Origin: Escherichia coli
GTDB taxonomy: Bacteria; Pseudomonadota; Gammaproteobacteria; Enterobacterales; Enterobacteriaceae
Reading direction: 5' to 3' (one strand)
Length of the DNA stretch: 64,000 nucleotides
Assembly: GCF_003334785.1 (NCBI RefSeq)
Contig: NZ_QOWV01000001.1
Part shown: positions 48,239 to 61,166 of the stretch, one piece after another
Position numbering within the stretch: the stretch's first letter is position 1
Layout: every line of letters starts with the position of its first letter
Notes under the pieces: model-generated
Told to the model about the DNA's origin: nothing
The model's database searches: none
What the model saw: only the letters and a program-made list of their open reading frames with translations
Program-made: the position numbers and the translations under genes

Positions 48239-51200
48239 TTAACCTATAGTCATTAAGCTGGCGTTACCGCCAGCGGCAGCGGTATTCACACTCAGCGAAC
48301 GCTCGATATACAGCCGTTCCAGAAGGATATTGCTTTCGCCACGGGCAAAACCCTGCACCGAAACAATTGTGCCATCCCGCGCGGCAACTGCTTCACACAA
48401 TGCGCGAAGCTGATCCGAATCACCGTGGAAGATCACCGCATCAAACGGTTGAGCGGTTATATTTTCCGCTTTCGCCAGTTGAATACGTTCGCTGACTGCC
48501 GATGGCAATGCCTTCACTAACTGACGATGCAGCGCGTCATCCGGCCACAGTACCTGGCTGCCCACCGCCAGCACGGCGGCGAGCTGAGTCAGCGCATCCT
48601 GCTCATCATCGGCAATACACAACACGCGCTCACGCGGCAGCAGCGTCCAGGTGTTGCGTTCACCCGTCGGCCCCGGCAGCAATCGTTGTGTTCCTGCCTG
48701 CGCCAGCTCGCCATATTGCGTACATAACGCCTGCAATTCTGGACGATTTGCTGCCCATTCCCGCAGTGCATTTAGCGGCTGAGTCAATGCGGCTTTCAAC
48801 TGCGCATCGACCGGATACTTTGCATCCTGACGCGCGAGCGTCACTGCCAGCGCACTTTCCGGGCGATTCGCCAGCAGACGGTAGAGATAGAGCGGACCGC
48901 CTGCTTTCGGCCCGGTACCGGACAACCCTTCGCCGCCGAACGGCTGCACACCAACCACTGCGCCCACCATATTACGGTTAACATACAGGTTACCAACATG
49001 GGCCGAGCCAGTGACCTGGGCGATGGTTTCATCAATGCGCGTATGGACGCCAAGCGTCAGACCATAACCGGAAGCGTTAATCTGCTCGATCAGCTCTGGT
49101 AGCTGGTTACGGTTGTAACGCACCACATGCAGCACCGGACCAAAGACCTCTTTTTGCAATTCGGCAAAGTCATCCAGTTCGATCAGCGTCGGGGCGACAA
49201 AGGTGCCGCTTTGCCATTCACGGGCATCTTCGCTGTTTTCCCGCACCGCCTGGAACACCGGACGGCCTTTGCTACGCATGGTCTGAATATGGCGCTCAAT
49301 ATTGGCTTTCGCTTCGCTATCAATCACTGGACCGATATCGGTGGTCAGGCGACCCGGATTACCTATCCGGCATTCGGCCATTGCGCCGCGCAGCATTTTC
49401 AACGTGTGGTCGGCAATCTCATCTTGCAGGCACAGCACGCGCAGCGCCGAACAACGCTGCCCCGCACTGTCGAACGCCGAGGCCAGTACATCCACGACGA
49501 CCTGTTCGGTCAGTGCTGAAGAATCGACAATCATCGCGTTCATGCCGCCGGTTTCAGCGATGAGCGGAATAGGGCGACCCTGAGCGTCCAGGCGGCTGGC
49601 GATATTGCGCTGCAGTAACGTAGCGACTTCGGTTGAACCGGTAAACATCACCCCGCGCACGCGATCATCACCCGTCAGTTGCGCGCCCACGGTTTCACCC
49701 CGACCTGGCAGCAATTGCACCACGCCTGGCGGTACACCCGCTTCCAGCAAAATGGCGATCCCTTGCGCGGCAATCAGCGGCGTTTGTTCTGCCGGTTTTG
49801 CCAGCACGCTGTTACCTGCCGCCAGTGCGGCGGCGATCTGCCCGGTGAAAATAGCCAGCGGGAAGTTCCACGGACTGATACACACCACAGGCCCTAATGG
49901 ACGGTGGGTTTCGTTAGCGAAATCATCCCGCACCTGTCCGGCGTAGTAGTGGAGAAAATCGACCGCTTCGCGCACTTCGGCAATGGCGTTACTGAAGGTT
50001 TTTCCGGCCTCACGCACCAGAATACCAATCAGTTGCTGCATCTGGCTTTCCATCAGCACGGCAGCGCGGTGCAAAATCGCTGCGCGTTCAGCCGGAGGCG
50101 TGGCAAACCAGATTGGCGCGTTATTAACCGCACTTTCCAGCGCCTGTTCTACTTCACGCGGCGTGGCTTCACGCACATAGCCCACAATATCTTTCGGTTC
50201 CGCAGGGTTAATAACGGGCGACATCTCACCTGCCGCTACCGGTTGTTCCAGCATTGGCAAGGCCTGCCATTTTTGCAGTGCACTATTGAGCAGGGCAGAG
50301 GAGAGCGAGGCCAGGCGGTGTTCGTTAGCGAGATCCAGCCCTGCCGAGTTGTCGCGCCCGTGACCGTAAAGATCGCGCGGCAGGGGAATTTTCGGATGCG
50401 GTAATCCAGTTTGCCCTTCCTGTTGCGCCAGTTTTTCTACAGCAGTGACCGGATCGGCGACCAGTTCATCCAGTGGCAAAGAGGTGTCGGCAATACGGTT
50501 AACAAACGAGGTGTTAGCACCGTTTTCCAGCAGGCGACGCACCAGATACGCCAACAGCGTTTCATGTGTGCCAACCGGAGCATAAATACGACACGGACGG
50601 TTAAGTTTGCCGTCGGCAACTTTCCCGGTGACCTGCTCATACAGTGGCTCGCCCATACCATGCAGGCACTGGAACTCGTACTGACCCGGGTAGTAGTTCT
50701 GCCCCGCCAGTTGATAAATCGCCGCCAGCGTATGGGCGTTGTGCGTCGCGAACTGCGGGTAGATTAGATTCGGCACCGCCAGCAGCTTTTTCGCACAGGC
50801 GAGATAAGAAACGTCGGTATACACCTTGCGGGTATAAACCGGATAACCTTCAAGGCCGTCCATCTGCGCACGCTTAATTTCACTATCCCAGTACGCGCCT
50901 TTCACCAGGCGAATCATCAGACGGCGACGGCTGCGGGTGGCGAGATCAATCAGGTAATCGATCACCAACGGGCAGCGTTTTTGATAAGCCTGAATAACAA
51001 AACCGATGCCGTTCCAGCCTGCCAGTTCCGGCTCGAAACAGAGTTTTTCCAGCAGATCGAGGGAGATCTCCAGGCGATCGGACTCTTCGGCGTCAATGTT
51101 GATACCAATATCGTACTGACGCGCCAGCAGGGTGAGTGATTTCAGACGCGGGTAAAGCTCTTCCATTACCCGGTCATACTGGGCGCGGCTATAACGCGGA

Positions 51201-52201
51201 TGCAGCGCCGACAGTTTGATTGAAATGCCCGGCCCTTCATAGATGCCACGACCGTTAGACGCTTTACCGATGGCGTGAATCGCCTGCTGATAGGAAACCA
51301 TATACGCCTGTGCATCTGCGGCGGTCAGCGCGGCTTCGCCCAGCATATCGTAAGAGTAACGGAAACCTTTCTCTTCCAGCTTGCGGGCATTGGCTAACGC
51401 TTCCGCGATGGTTTCGCCAGTGACGAACTGCTCACCCATCAGGCGCATCGCCATATCCACACCTTTGCGGATCAGCGGTTCACCGCTTTTACCGATAATG
51501 CGGTTCAGCGAGCGGGAGAGGCTGGCTTCGTTATGGGTGGAAACCAGTTTGCCAGTAAACAGCAGCCCCCAGGTGGCGGCATTAACAAACAGTGACGGGC
51601 TACGACCAATGTGTGACTGCCAGTTACCGTTGCTGATTTTGTCGCGAATTAACGCGTCGCGGGTGGCTTTGTCGGGAATACGCAACAACGCTTCCGCCAG
51701 ACACATCAGCGCCACGCCTTCCTGCGATGACAGCGAAAACTCCTGCAATAACCCCTGGACCATACCTGCGCGACCACTGGCATTTTTTTGATTACGCAGT
51801 TTATCGGCCAGCTGATACGCCAGTTTGTGCGCCTGTTCAGCAACTGGCTGCGGCAGGCGGGCTTGTTCCAGCAGCATAGAAACCGCTTCGGTTTCCGGGC
51901 GGCGATAGGCCGCGGTGATCGCGGCGCGGGAAACCGACTGGGGCAATATTTGCTCGGCAAAGTCGAGGAATGGCTGGTGTGGTTCCTCTGCCGGAGTCGG
52001 TGCTTCATCGCTCTCATTGGCCGCGCCAGAAAGCAGCGCAGGTAGCTCCGGCAGAGTATCGCTGTTTTCCAGTTGTTCGAGATAAGAAAAAATCGCCTGC
52101 TTAATTAACCAGTGTGGTGTGCGATCGATACGTGTCGCGGCAGACTTAATACGCTCACGCGTCGCGTCGTCCAGCTTAACCCCCATGGTGGTGGTTCCCA
52201 T
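48239..52201 (-). CDS. putA: bifunctional proline dehydrogenase / P5C dehydrogenase and repressor PutA (1320 aa)
   Basis: Start at MGTTTMGVKLDDATRERIK (ribbon-helix-helix N-terminus); recognised as PutA. Confidence 0.9.
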   Translation of the reverse strand: MGTTTMGVKLDDATRERIKSAATRIDRTPHWLIKQAIFSYLEQLENSDTLPELPALLSGAANESDEAPTPAEEPHQPFLDFAEQILPQSVSRAAITAAYRRPETEAVSMLLEQARLPQPVAEQAHKLAYQLADKLRNQKNASGRAGMVQGLLQEFSLSSQEGVALMCLAEALLRIPDKATRDALIRDKISNGNWQSHIGRSPSLFVNAATWGLLFTGKLVSTHNEASLSRSLNRIIGKSGEPLIRKGVDMAMRLMGEQFVTGETIAEALANARKLEEKGFRYSYDMLGEAALTAADAQAYMVSYQQAIHAIGKASNGRGIYEGPGISIKLSALHPRYSRAQYDRVMEELYPRLKSLTLLARQYDIGINIDAEESDRLEISLDLLEKLCFEPELAGWNGIGFVIQAYQKRCPLVIDYLIDLATRSRRRLMIRLVKGAYWDSEIKRAQMDGLEGYPVYTRKVYTDVSYLACAKKLLAVPNLIYPQFATHNAHTLAAIYQLAGQNYYPGQYEFQCLHGMGEPLYEQVTGKVADGKLNRPCRIYAPVGTHETLLAYLVRRLLENGANTSFVNRIADTSLPLDELVADPVTAVEKLAQQEGQTGLPHPKIPLPRDLYGHGRDNSAGLDLANEHRLASLSSALLNSALQKWQALPMLEQPVAAGEMSPVINPAEPKDIVGYVREATPREVEQALESAVNNAPIWFATPPAERAAILHRAAVLMESQMQQLIGILVREAGKTFSNAIAEVREAVDFLHYYAGQVRDDFANETHRPLGPVVCISPWNFPLAIFTGQIAAALAAGNSVLAKPAEQTPLIAAQGIAILLEAGVPPGVVQLLPGRGETVGAQLTGDDRVRGVMFTGSTEVATLLQRNIASRLDAQGRPIPLIAETGGMNAMIVDSSALTEQVVVDVLASAFDSAGQRCSALRVLCLQDEIADHTLKMLRGAMAECRIGNPGRLTTDIGPVIDSEAKANIERHIQTMRSKGRPVFQAVRENSEDAREWQSGTFVAPTLIELDDFAELQKEVFGPVLHVVRYNRNQLPELIEQINASGYGLTLGVHTRIDETIAQVTGSAHVGNLYVNRNMVGAVVGVQPFGGEGLSGTGPKAGGPLYLYRLLANRPESALAVTLARQDAKYPVDAQLKAALTQPLNALREWAANRPELQALCTQYGELAQAGTQRLLPGPTGERNTWTLLPRERVLCIADDEQDALTQLAAVLAVGSQVLWPDDALHRQLVKALPSAVSERIQLAKAENITAQPFDAVIFHGDSDQLRALCEAVAARDGTIVSVQGFARGESNILLERLYIERSLSVNTAAAGGNASLMTIG

Positions 52202-52623
52202 GCCATTACTCCTGTTGTTCAGAAAGGTGCAACTTAACGTTATCGTGAAATATCCATGATGTTGCAACTTTGTGCAACCATGTTAAATGTGACATGCGTA
52301 GCAAGCTTAAAAATGAATGAAATGTTAATAAAAGAAATCGATATGACAGGGATTAAAAAAATAACTCAGACTTTTTCTCTGCGGCAGTTAACATTTTTGA
52401 AAGGTGCAACCGCAAAAAATGTGAGAGAGTGCAACCTGATGAAAAATAGTGTCGCTGAGCACTAAAATTTAATGTAAATGGTGTGTTAAATCGATTGTGA
52501 ATAACCAGCGCTTCCGGCAGGATACGGTCGCCCTGGTAAAACATAAACTCTGTTACCCCGTTCCGGTGGCAGATATAACGGCAAGTTTCGACATTGCCGA
52601 TAATAATTTTTTGGAGACTTTAG
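52202..52623. promoter_or_regulatory. put divergent control region with repeated GTTGCA PutA operator motifs
   Basis: Multiple GTTGCA/TGCAAC copies (e.g. atgttgcaactttgtgcaacc, aaggtgcaaccgc, agtgcaacctg) between divergent putA and putP. Confidence 0.7.
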
Positions 52624-54132
<1,509 letters not shown>

Positions 54133-54597
54133 GGGACTTAGCCTGCGGCGGTTTTGTTTGGCTTCAGCAGCGGGTTGCGCTCCCTTAATGTGCCTCGCCA
54201 TATAAATTGAATGGTGCAGGGAGCGCGCAGGGGGCGGCCAATCGCCGCCGCCCCCTGCTGTCCCGGCCTTCGGGGAACGCTTCAGCGATTTTGACGCCAC
54301 CAACACCCGAGCTGTTATTATGTTCCGGGCAAAAAGTTAGATTTGATAATCGCGGATGGACGAAATTGCTTGATACACCCGCTTATCAGTTTTACATGGA
54401 AGCTCTGATGCATTGAGTCTGGACAGTTTTGTCGGCTGGATACGGCGTTTACGCGGCATCCGGCAAGAACACATGGTTCTTTGCAAACAATCCCATCTTT
54501 CTACCCTGGAATAATCGTTTATATCCCTTGGCATTACCTCTCTTTGTTTACATTCCAACATCATTTTATAAACATTCCGCTTGTGTTTTTCTTTGCC

Positions 54598-54617
54598 GTA
54601 ATGATAATCGCTATCAC
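54598..54617. promoter_or_regulatory. Fur box in the efeU promoter
   Basis: cgtaatgataatcgctatc (54597..54615) matches about 15 of 19 positions of GATAATGATAATCATTATC, about 60 nt upstream of the efeU ATG. Confidence 0.55.
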
Positions 54618-54674
54618 TGCGATTTACTTTTCTTTGCATAGATTGACTCAGAAAAACGTTTAAGGGTGGGTGGC

Positions 54675-55505
54675 ATGTTTGTTCCGTTTCTCATTATGTT
54701 GCGCGAAGGACTTGAAGCCGCGCTGATTGTCAGTTTGATTGCCAGCTATCTTAAGCGTACCCAGCGAGGCCGATGGATTGGTGTGATGTGGATTGGCGTG
54801 TTGCTTGCCGCTGCGTTGTGCCTGGGCTTGGGTATCTTCATTAACGAAACCACCGGCGAATTTCCGCAAAAAGAACAGGAACTGTTTGAAGGTATCGTGG
54901 CGGTGATCGCCGTGGTGATCCTTACCTGGATGGTTTTCTGGATGCGCAAAGTGTCGCGCAACGTCAAAGTGCAACTGGAACAGGCAGTCGATAGCGCATT
55001 GCAGCGTGGAAATCATCATGGCTGGGCGCTGGTGATGATGGTCTTTTTTGCCGTTGCAAGGGAAGGGCTGGAGTCGGTCTTTTTCCTGCTGGCGGCATTT
55101 CAACAAGATGTCGGGATCTGGCCGCCGCTGGGTGCAATGCTCGGTCTTGCTACTGCCGTGGTGCTAGGCTTCCTGCTCTACTGGGGCGGTATTCGCCTCA
55201 ATCTTGGTGCATTTTTTAAATGGACCAGCCTGTTTATTCTCTTCGTCGCCGCAGGGCTGGCAGCTGGTGCCATTCGCGCATTTCATGAAGCCGGATTGTG
55301 GAACCACTTTCAGGAAATCGCCTTCGATATGAGTGCGGTGCTCTCAACTCACTCGCTGTTTGGCACGCTGATGGAAGGGATTTTTGGCTATCAGGAAGCG
55401 CCGAGCGTCAGCGAAGTCGCCGTCTGGTTTATTTATCTCATCCCGGCGCTGGTGGCATTTGCTCTGCCACCACGCGCAGGGGCGACAGCGTCTCGCTCCG
55501 CGTAA
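54675..55505 (+). CDS. efeU: ferrous iron permease EfeU (276 aa), FTR1 family, apparently intact
   Basis: Uninterrupted ORF from MFVPFLIMLREGLEAALIV... carrying both REGLE motifs (REGLEAA, REGLESV). Confidence 0.85.
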   Translation: MFVPFLIMLREGLEAALIVSLIASYLKRTQRGRWIGVMWIGVLLAAALCLGLGIFINETTGEFPQKEQELFEGIVAVIAVVILTWMVFWMRKVSRNVKVQLEQAVDSALQRGNHHGWALVMMVFFAVAREGLESVFFLLAAFQQDVGIWPPLGAMLGLATAVVLGFLLYWGGIRLNLGAFFKWTSLFILFVAAGLAAGAIRAFHEAGLWNHFQEIAFDMSAVLSTHSLFGTLMEGIFGYQEAPSVSEVAVWFIYLIPALVAFALPPRAGATASRSA

Positions 55506-55562
55506 CAAATACGACGCAAACTCTTGCTTAGTTACAACATACTTTAAAGGGATAGTCTCGTC

Positions 55563-56690
55563 ATGACCATTAACTTCCGCCGTAACGCATTGCAGTTGAG
55601 CGTGGCTGCGCTGTTTTCTTCTGCTTTTATGGCTAACGCCGCTGATGTGCCGCAGGTCAAAGTGACCGTGACGGATAAGCAGTGCGAACCGATGACCATT
55701 ACGGTTAACGCCGGGAAAACACAGTTCATTATTCAGAACCACAGCCAGAAGGCGCTGGAGTGGGAGATCCTCAAAGGCGTGATGGTGGTGGAAGAGCGGG
55801 AAAATATCGCCCCTGGCTTTAGCCAGAAAATGACGGCGAATTTACAGCCTGGCGAATACGATATGACCTGCGGTCTGCTGACTAACCCGAAAGGGAAGTT
55901 GATCGTCAAAGGTGAGGCAACGGCGGATGCGGCGCAAAGTGATGCGCTGTTAAGTCTTGGTGGTGCAATTACTGCATATAAAGCGTATGTCATGGCGGAA
56001 ACCACGCAGCTGGTGACCGACACCAAAGCCTTTACCGACGCGATTAAAGCAGGCGATATCGAAAAAGCGAAAGCACTGTATGCACCGACGCGCCAGCACT
56101 ATGAGCGTATTGAACCGATTGCTGAACTGTTCTCCGATCTGGATGGCAGCATTGACGCCCGTGAAGATGATTACGAGCAAAAAGCCGCCGACCCAAAATT
56201 CACTGGTTTCCACCGTCTGGAAAAAGCATTGTTTGGCGACAACACCACCAAAGGGATGGATCAGTACGCTGAGCAGCTTTATACCGATGTGGTCGATTTG
56301 CAAAAACGCATCAGTGAACTGGCTTTCCCACCTTCAAAAGTGGTCGGCGGCGCAGCCGGACTGATTGAGGAAGTGGCAGCCAGCAAAATTAGCGGTGAAG
56401 AAGATCGCTACAGCCACACCGATCTGTGGGATTTCCAGGCTAACGTTGAAGGCTCGCAGAAAATTGTCGATTTGCTGCGTCCACAACTGCAAAAAGCCAA
56501 CCCGGAACTGCTGGCAAAAGTCGATGCCAACTTTAAAAAGGTCGATACCATTCTGGCGAAATACCGTACTAAAGACGGTTTTGAAACCTACGACAAATTG
56601 ACCGATGCCGACCGGAATGCACTGAAAGGACCGATTACTGCGCTGGCGGAAGATCTGGCGCAACTTCGCGGTGTGCTGGGACTGGATTAA
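55563..56690 (+). CDS. efeO: periplasmic iron uptake protein EfeO (375 aa)
   Basis: Signal peptide [26 protein letters not shown]; operon position. Confidence 0.9.
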   Translation: MTINFRRNALQLSVAALFSSAFMANAADVPQVKVTVTDKQCEPMTITVNAGKTQFIIQNHSQKALEWEILKGVMVVEERENIAPGFSQKMTANLQPGEYDMTCGLLTNPKGKLIVKGEATADAAQSDALLSLGGAITAYKAYVMAETTQLVTDTKAFTDAIKAGDIEKAKALYAPTRQHYERIEPIAELFSDLDGSIDAREDDYEQKAADPKFTGFHRLEKALFGDNTTKGMDQYAEQLYTDVVDLQKRISELAFPPSKVVGGAAGLIEEVAASKISGEEDRYSHTDLWDFQANVEGSQKIVDLLRPQLQKANPELLAKVDANFKKVDTILAKYRTKDGFETYDKLTDADRNALKGPITALAEDLAQLRGVLGLD

Positions 56691-56695
56691 GCGTT

Positions 56696-57967
56696 ATGCA
56701 GTATAAAGATGAAAACGGCGTGAATGAACCGTCACGCCGACGTTTACTGAAAGTGATAGGTGCACTGGCGCTGGCGGGAAGTTGTCCGGTCGCTCATGCA
56801 CAAAAAACGCAAAGTGCGCCGGGTACGCTTTCACCGGATGCTCGCAATGAGAAACAGCCGTTTTATGGTGAGCATCAGGCAGGGATCCTGACGCCACAAC
56901 AGGCCGCAATGATGCTGGTGGCGTTTGATGTGCTTGCCAGCGATAAAGCCGATCTTGAGCGGTTGTTTCGCTTGTTGACTCAGCGTTTTGCTTTTCTGAC
57001 TCAGGGCGGAGCAGCACCAGAAACGCCAAATCCGCGCCTGCCACCACTCGATTCCGGCATTCTTGGCGGCTACATTGCGCCCGATAATCTCACCATCACG
57101 TTATCGGTGGGTCACTCATTGTTTGATGAGCGCTTTGGCCTTGCGCCACAGATGCCAAAAAAGCTGCAGAAGATGACGCGTTTCCCCAACGACTCGCTGG
57201 ATGCGGCGTTATGTCATGGTGATGTGTTGCTACAGATTTGCGCCAACACCCAGGACACGGTTATCCATGCGCTGCGCGATATCATCAAACACACGCCGGA
57301 TTTGCTCAGTGTGCGCTGGAAGCGGGAAGGGTTTATTTCCGATCACGCGGCGCGTAGTAAAGGCAAAGAGACGCCGATTAATTTGCTGGGTTTCAAAGAC
57401 GGCACTGCCAATCCCGATAGCCAGAATGATAAGTTGATGCAAAAAGTGGTGTGGGTAACGGCAGATCAGCAGGAGCCTGCGTGGACAATCGGTGGCAGCT
57501 ATCAGGCAGTACGCTTGATTCAGTTTCGAGTGGAATTTTGGGACAGAACGCCGCTGAAAGAACAGCAGACGATTTTTGGCCGTGATAAGCAAACCGGTGC
57601 GCCGCTGGGAATGCAGCATGAGCATGATGTGCCTGATTACGCCAGCGACCCGGAAGGGAAGGTGATCGCGCTGGACAGCCATATCCGGCTGGCGAATCCC
57701 CGCACGGCGGAGAGTGAGTCCAGCCTGATGCTGCGTCGTGGCTACAGTTATTCACTGGGCGTCACCAACTCCGGGCAACTGGATATGGGGTTGCTGTTTG
57801 TCTGCTACCAACACGATCTGGAAAAAGGCTTCCTGACAGTACAAAAAAGGCTCAATGGCGAAGCGCTGGAGGAATACGTTAAACCTATCGGCGGCGGTTA
57901 TTTTTTTGCGCTGCCGGGGGTGAAGGACGCGAACGATTATTTCGGAAGCGCGTTATTGCGGGTTTAA
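56696..57967 (+). CDS. efeB: Dyp-type haem peroxidase EfeB (423 aa), Tat signal
   Basis: [17 protein letters not shown] twin-arginine signal; recognised as EfeB. Confidence 0.9.
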   Translation: MQYKDENGVNEPSRRRLLKVIGALALAGSCPVAHAQKTQSAPGTLSPDARNEKQPFYGEHQAGILTPQQAAMMLVAFDVLASDKADLERLFRLLTQRFAFLTQGGAAPETPNPRLPPLDSGILGGYIAPDNLTITLSVGHSLFDERFGLAPQMPKKLQKMTRFPNDSLDAALCHGDVLLQICANTQDTVIHALRDIIKHTPDLLSVRWKREGFISDHAARSKGKETPINLLGFKDGTANPDSQNDKLMQKVVWVTADQQEPAWTIGGSYQAVRLIQFRVEFWDRTPLKEQQTIFGRDKQTGAPLGMQHEHDVPDYASDPEGKVIALDSHIRLANPRTAESESSLMLRRGYSYSLGVTNSGQLDMGLLFVCYQHDLEKGFLTVQKRLNGEALEEYVKPIGGGYFFALPGVKDANDYFGSALLRV

Positions 57968-57974
57968 TGTTTTT

Positions 57975-58110
57975 AGGCGGATAAGGCATTTGTGCGCAGA
58001 TGCCTGATGCGACGCTTGCGCGTCTTATCATGCCTACAATCAGTGCGGGTTTGGTAGGCTGGATAAGGCGTTCACGCCGCATCCGGCGATCGTGCACTGA
58101 TGCCTGATGC
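57975..58110. repeat. REP/BIME-like palindromic element cluster
   Basis: Repeated gcctgatgcgacgc / ggataaggcgttcacgccgcatccggc units downstream of efeB. Confidence 0.6.
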
Positions 58111-58144
58111 AAATCCTGCTGAAAGCACACAGCTTTTTTCATCA

Positions 58145-58162
58145 CTGTCATCACTCTGTCAT
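58145..58162 (+). promoter_or_regulatory. Pho box (PhoB binding site) of phoH
   Basis: CTGTCAT-cact-CTGTCAT direct repeat about 150 nt upstream of phoH. Confidence 0.7.
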
Positions 58163-58311
58163 CTTTCCAGTAGAAACTAATGTCACTGAAATGGTGTTTT
58201 ATAGTTAAATATAAGTAAATATATTGTTGCAATAAATGCGAGTTCTGTTGTACTTATTAAGTAGCAGCGGAAGTTCCCGGCAGTGATAGTCAGTCACTAT
58301 GGAGATCGCGG

Positions 58312-59376
58312 ATGGTAACGTCCTGTACTGGACATGTTTTAGATAATCAACGCGCCACCACTCGCGGAGTTTTCTCCTCCGGTAGTCATCTCGTCACTTT
58401 GCATTTTCAACCTCATCCTTTCTTTTCATGTGTTACCGACGCCGTAAACGGTGCGCGTAGCCGTTTTTCGGCATTTTATCCAAAAGCAAACTATGGCTTA
58501 CAAGGAAGCCAACCCTCTGATGTTCGTGCGCATAATCGCGCTGCCAACGGCGCGTGTGATGAATACAAACAACTCAAGGTGCTCTCCATGGGAAGACAAA
58601 AAGCAGTGATCAAAGCTCGTCGCGAGGCAAAACGTGTGCTGAGACGGGATTCGCGCAGCCATAAGCAGCGTGAAGAAGAATCGGTCACCTCGCTTGTGCA
58701 GATGGGCGGCGTAGAAGCCATTGGTATGGCCCGCGACAGTCGCGATACTTCGCCCATCCTCGCGCGAAATGAAGCGCAATTGCACTATCTGAAGGCTATT
58801 GAGAGTAAGCAGCTGATATTCGCCACGGGCGAAGCCGGGTGCGGAAAAACCTGGATCAGCGCAGCAAAAGCGGCAGAGGCCCTGATACATAAGGATGTCG
58901 ACAGGATTATCGTCACCCGTCCAGTTCTGCAAGCCGATGAAGATCTTGGCTTCTTACCTGGAGATATCGCAGAAAAGTTTGCTCCCTATTTTCGCCCGGT
59001 CTACGACGTGCTGGTCCGGCGCTTAGGGGCTTCCTTTATGCAGTACTGCCTGCGACCGGAAATAGGGAAGGTGGAAATTGCGCCGTTCGCCTATATGCGT
59101 GGACGTACCTTTGAAAATGCAGTCGTCATTCTTGACGAGGCGCAGAATGTGACTGCCGCGCAAATGAAAATGTTTTTAACCCGCCTCGGGGAGAACGTGA
59201 CGGTTATCGTCAACGGTGATATCACGCAATGCGATTTGCCTCGCGGCGTGTGCTCCGGATTAAGTGACGCGCTGGAACGTTTCGAAGAAGATGAAATGGT
59301 TGGGATCGTCCGGTTCGGTAAAGAGGACTGCGTACGTTCGGCACTTTGCCAACGTACGCTGCATGCCTACAGTTAA
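58312..59376 (+). CDS. phoH: phosphate-starvation-inducible ATPase PhoH (354 aa)
   Basis: Walker A GEAGCGKT and Walker B motifs; length matches PhoH. Confidence 0.9.
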   Translation: MVTSCTGHVLDNQRATTRGVFSSGSHLVTLHFQPHPFFSCVTDAVNGARSRFSAFYPKANYGLQGSQPSDVRAHNRAANGACDEYKQLKVLSMGRQKAVIKARREAKRVLRRDSRSHKQREEESVTSLVQMGGVEAIGMARDSRDTSPILARNEAQLHYLKAIESKQLIFATGEAGCGKTWISAAKAAEALIHKDVDRIIVTRPVLQADEDLGFLPGDIAEKFAPYFRPVYDVLVRRLGASFMQYCLRPEIGKVEIAPFAYMRGRTFENAVVILDEAQNVTAAQMKMFLTRLGENVTVIVNGDITQCDLPRGVCSGLSDALERFEEDEMVGIVRFGKEDCVRSALCQRTLHAYS

Positions 59377-59393
59377 GTGTGTTATCGGTGCAG

Positions 59394-59419
59394 AGCCCGG
59401 GCGAACCGGGCTTTGTTTT
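59394..59419 (+). terminator. rho-independent terminator of phoH
   Basis: agcccgg-gcgaa-ccgggct hairpin followed by TTTGTTTT. Confidence 0.65.
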
Positions 59420-59425
59420 GGGTGT

Positions 59426-59839
59426 TTATGCCCGGACTAGCGCTTTTTCTGAAACAACCATTTTTATTTGCCCCTGGCTGGTGAAGTGTACGCTCATCCT
59501 GTGGCTTTTTTGTAGTTGCTGATAGAGCTCATCAGGTATTGCTAAGCTCTCTGCATATTCTTGCGGCGTATATTGGTAGGCTGCATGATGCTGCTGTTTT
59601 TGAAAACGCAGCTTATTGTACAGCGCCCAGACAATTAACACGACGGCATTCGCCACTGCCAGCAAAAAATAGAACTGAAGTCGGCTTCTGGCCTCGCTTT
59701 GCCAGTAATAACCCGTCAGCAGATCCATGGCGAATAAGAATATGAACAACGCAAATAATGTCCACAAGATGGTTGTGGCAACATAATCAACCAGTAAACG
59801 TACTGGTGATTGTCGGGTCGTAATAATTAAATTGTTCAT
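59426..59839 (-). CDS. pgaD: PGA synthase accessory subunit PgaD (137 aa)
   Basis: [34 protein letters not shown]... recognised as PgaD. Confidence 0.9.
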
Positions 59840-59840
59840 A

Positions 59841-61166
59841 TTAACCTCTCAGAATCCCGCGATCGGGACTTACCCAACGGGCGCGTTGCTTTTTAGGCAT
59901 CAACATGACTCGTGTAAATGATACCAATGTCGTTGCCAGGCTCAGCATCCAGAAAATAACCGGGAACCAAATAATCCAGAAAAGCGATGAAGTCAGATTA
60001 TGCTCATAGCGATTCTCGATCATCAGGCTGACAATAAATTGCAGTAAACATAACGTACACAATAATATTCCGGCAGTATGTGTCGCAGCGATATGTGTCA
60101 ATTCAATATTTAACGGTACACCGGCAAGTTGGACTGCGTAAATAATGAAACCGACCAGGCAGGTGAAGGCCCATATTGTCGTCAGGCAGTATTCAAAAAA
60201 CAGCGGCCACATTCGAAAGTTTTCTTTGCGCCACAACCTTGTCATATTTTTGAGGAATACTTCTGCACCGCCCTGAGCCCAGCGCAGGCGCTGTTTCCAC
60301 AGCCCTTTTAACGTTTCAGGCATTAATATCCAGCACAGTGCCCGTGGCTCGTAAAAAATCGTCCACTGATTCAACTGCAGCTTCCAGCTAATATCAATAT
60401 CTTCGGTGATCATATCGTCACTCCAGTAACCCACTTCTGCCAGGGCGCTGCGACGAAATGCGGCAATAACACCGGAAACGGTAAATACGTTTCCATAGAT
60501 ACGCTGGGTTCGCTTGATCAAACCAATAATTGAGGAATACTCGCCAACCTGAATTTTACCCACCAGGGTAGAACGTGTTCGAATACGAGGATTACCGGTT
60601 ACGGCACCCACACGCGGGTTGTACAACATCGGTTCCACAATATATGCCGCCGCATCGCGGTCTAATAACGCATCGCCATCAATGCACACCAGATATTCAC
60701 TTTTCGCCGCGGCAGCTCCGGTTTTAAGCGCAATGGCTTTCCCCTGGTTTTGCGCCAGATGAATGACCCGCAAATGGGGAATTTGTGCAGCCATGCGATC
60801 CAGGATGGCACGGGTTTTATCTGTTGAACCGTCATTTACGGCAATAACTTCAATGTTCTCATAACGCTGTGCTAAAGCGGCGTGTATGGTTTCCTCAACG
60901 TTTTTCTCCTCATTAAAACAGGGAATGATAATGGAGATAGACGGATTATCTTTCAACTGGGGAGCTGGTGCGTTTTCTCCCCACGGCCAGTGGCGTTCAC
61001 GATAGACCCAGAAATAGACGCCGCCAACAATCCACATAATGGACATAAAAAACGGCCAGAAGAAAACGAACCTCATCATCAGTTCACCAGAGTGAAAGTA
61101 CGCTACGCATAGGGGTATGCATAACACCAGACATAATATAAAAAACGATACGATGCGATTAATCAT
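59841..61166 (-). CDS. pgaC: poly-beta-1,6-N-acetylglucosamine synthase PgaC (441 aa), GT2 family
   Basis: Processive GT2 signatures (DGSTD, QRLRW-type QxxRW); recognised as PgaC. Confidence 0.9.

Noticed and set aside
48502-50404. Antisense ORFs within putA (48502..48981, 49127..49519, 49904..50404) and within hyaA (6334..7197).
   Set aside because: Same reasoning: shadow ORFs on the opposite strand of well-supported genes, with biased Arg/Ala/Pro-rich composition.
54666-54674. Alternative GTG start extending efeU by three codons (MGG-).
   Set aside because: The ATG at 54675 gives the recognised MFVPFLIMLREG N-terminus and the expected 276-aa length; the upstream GTG lacks comparable support.
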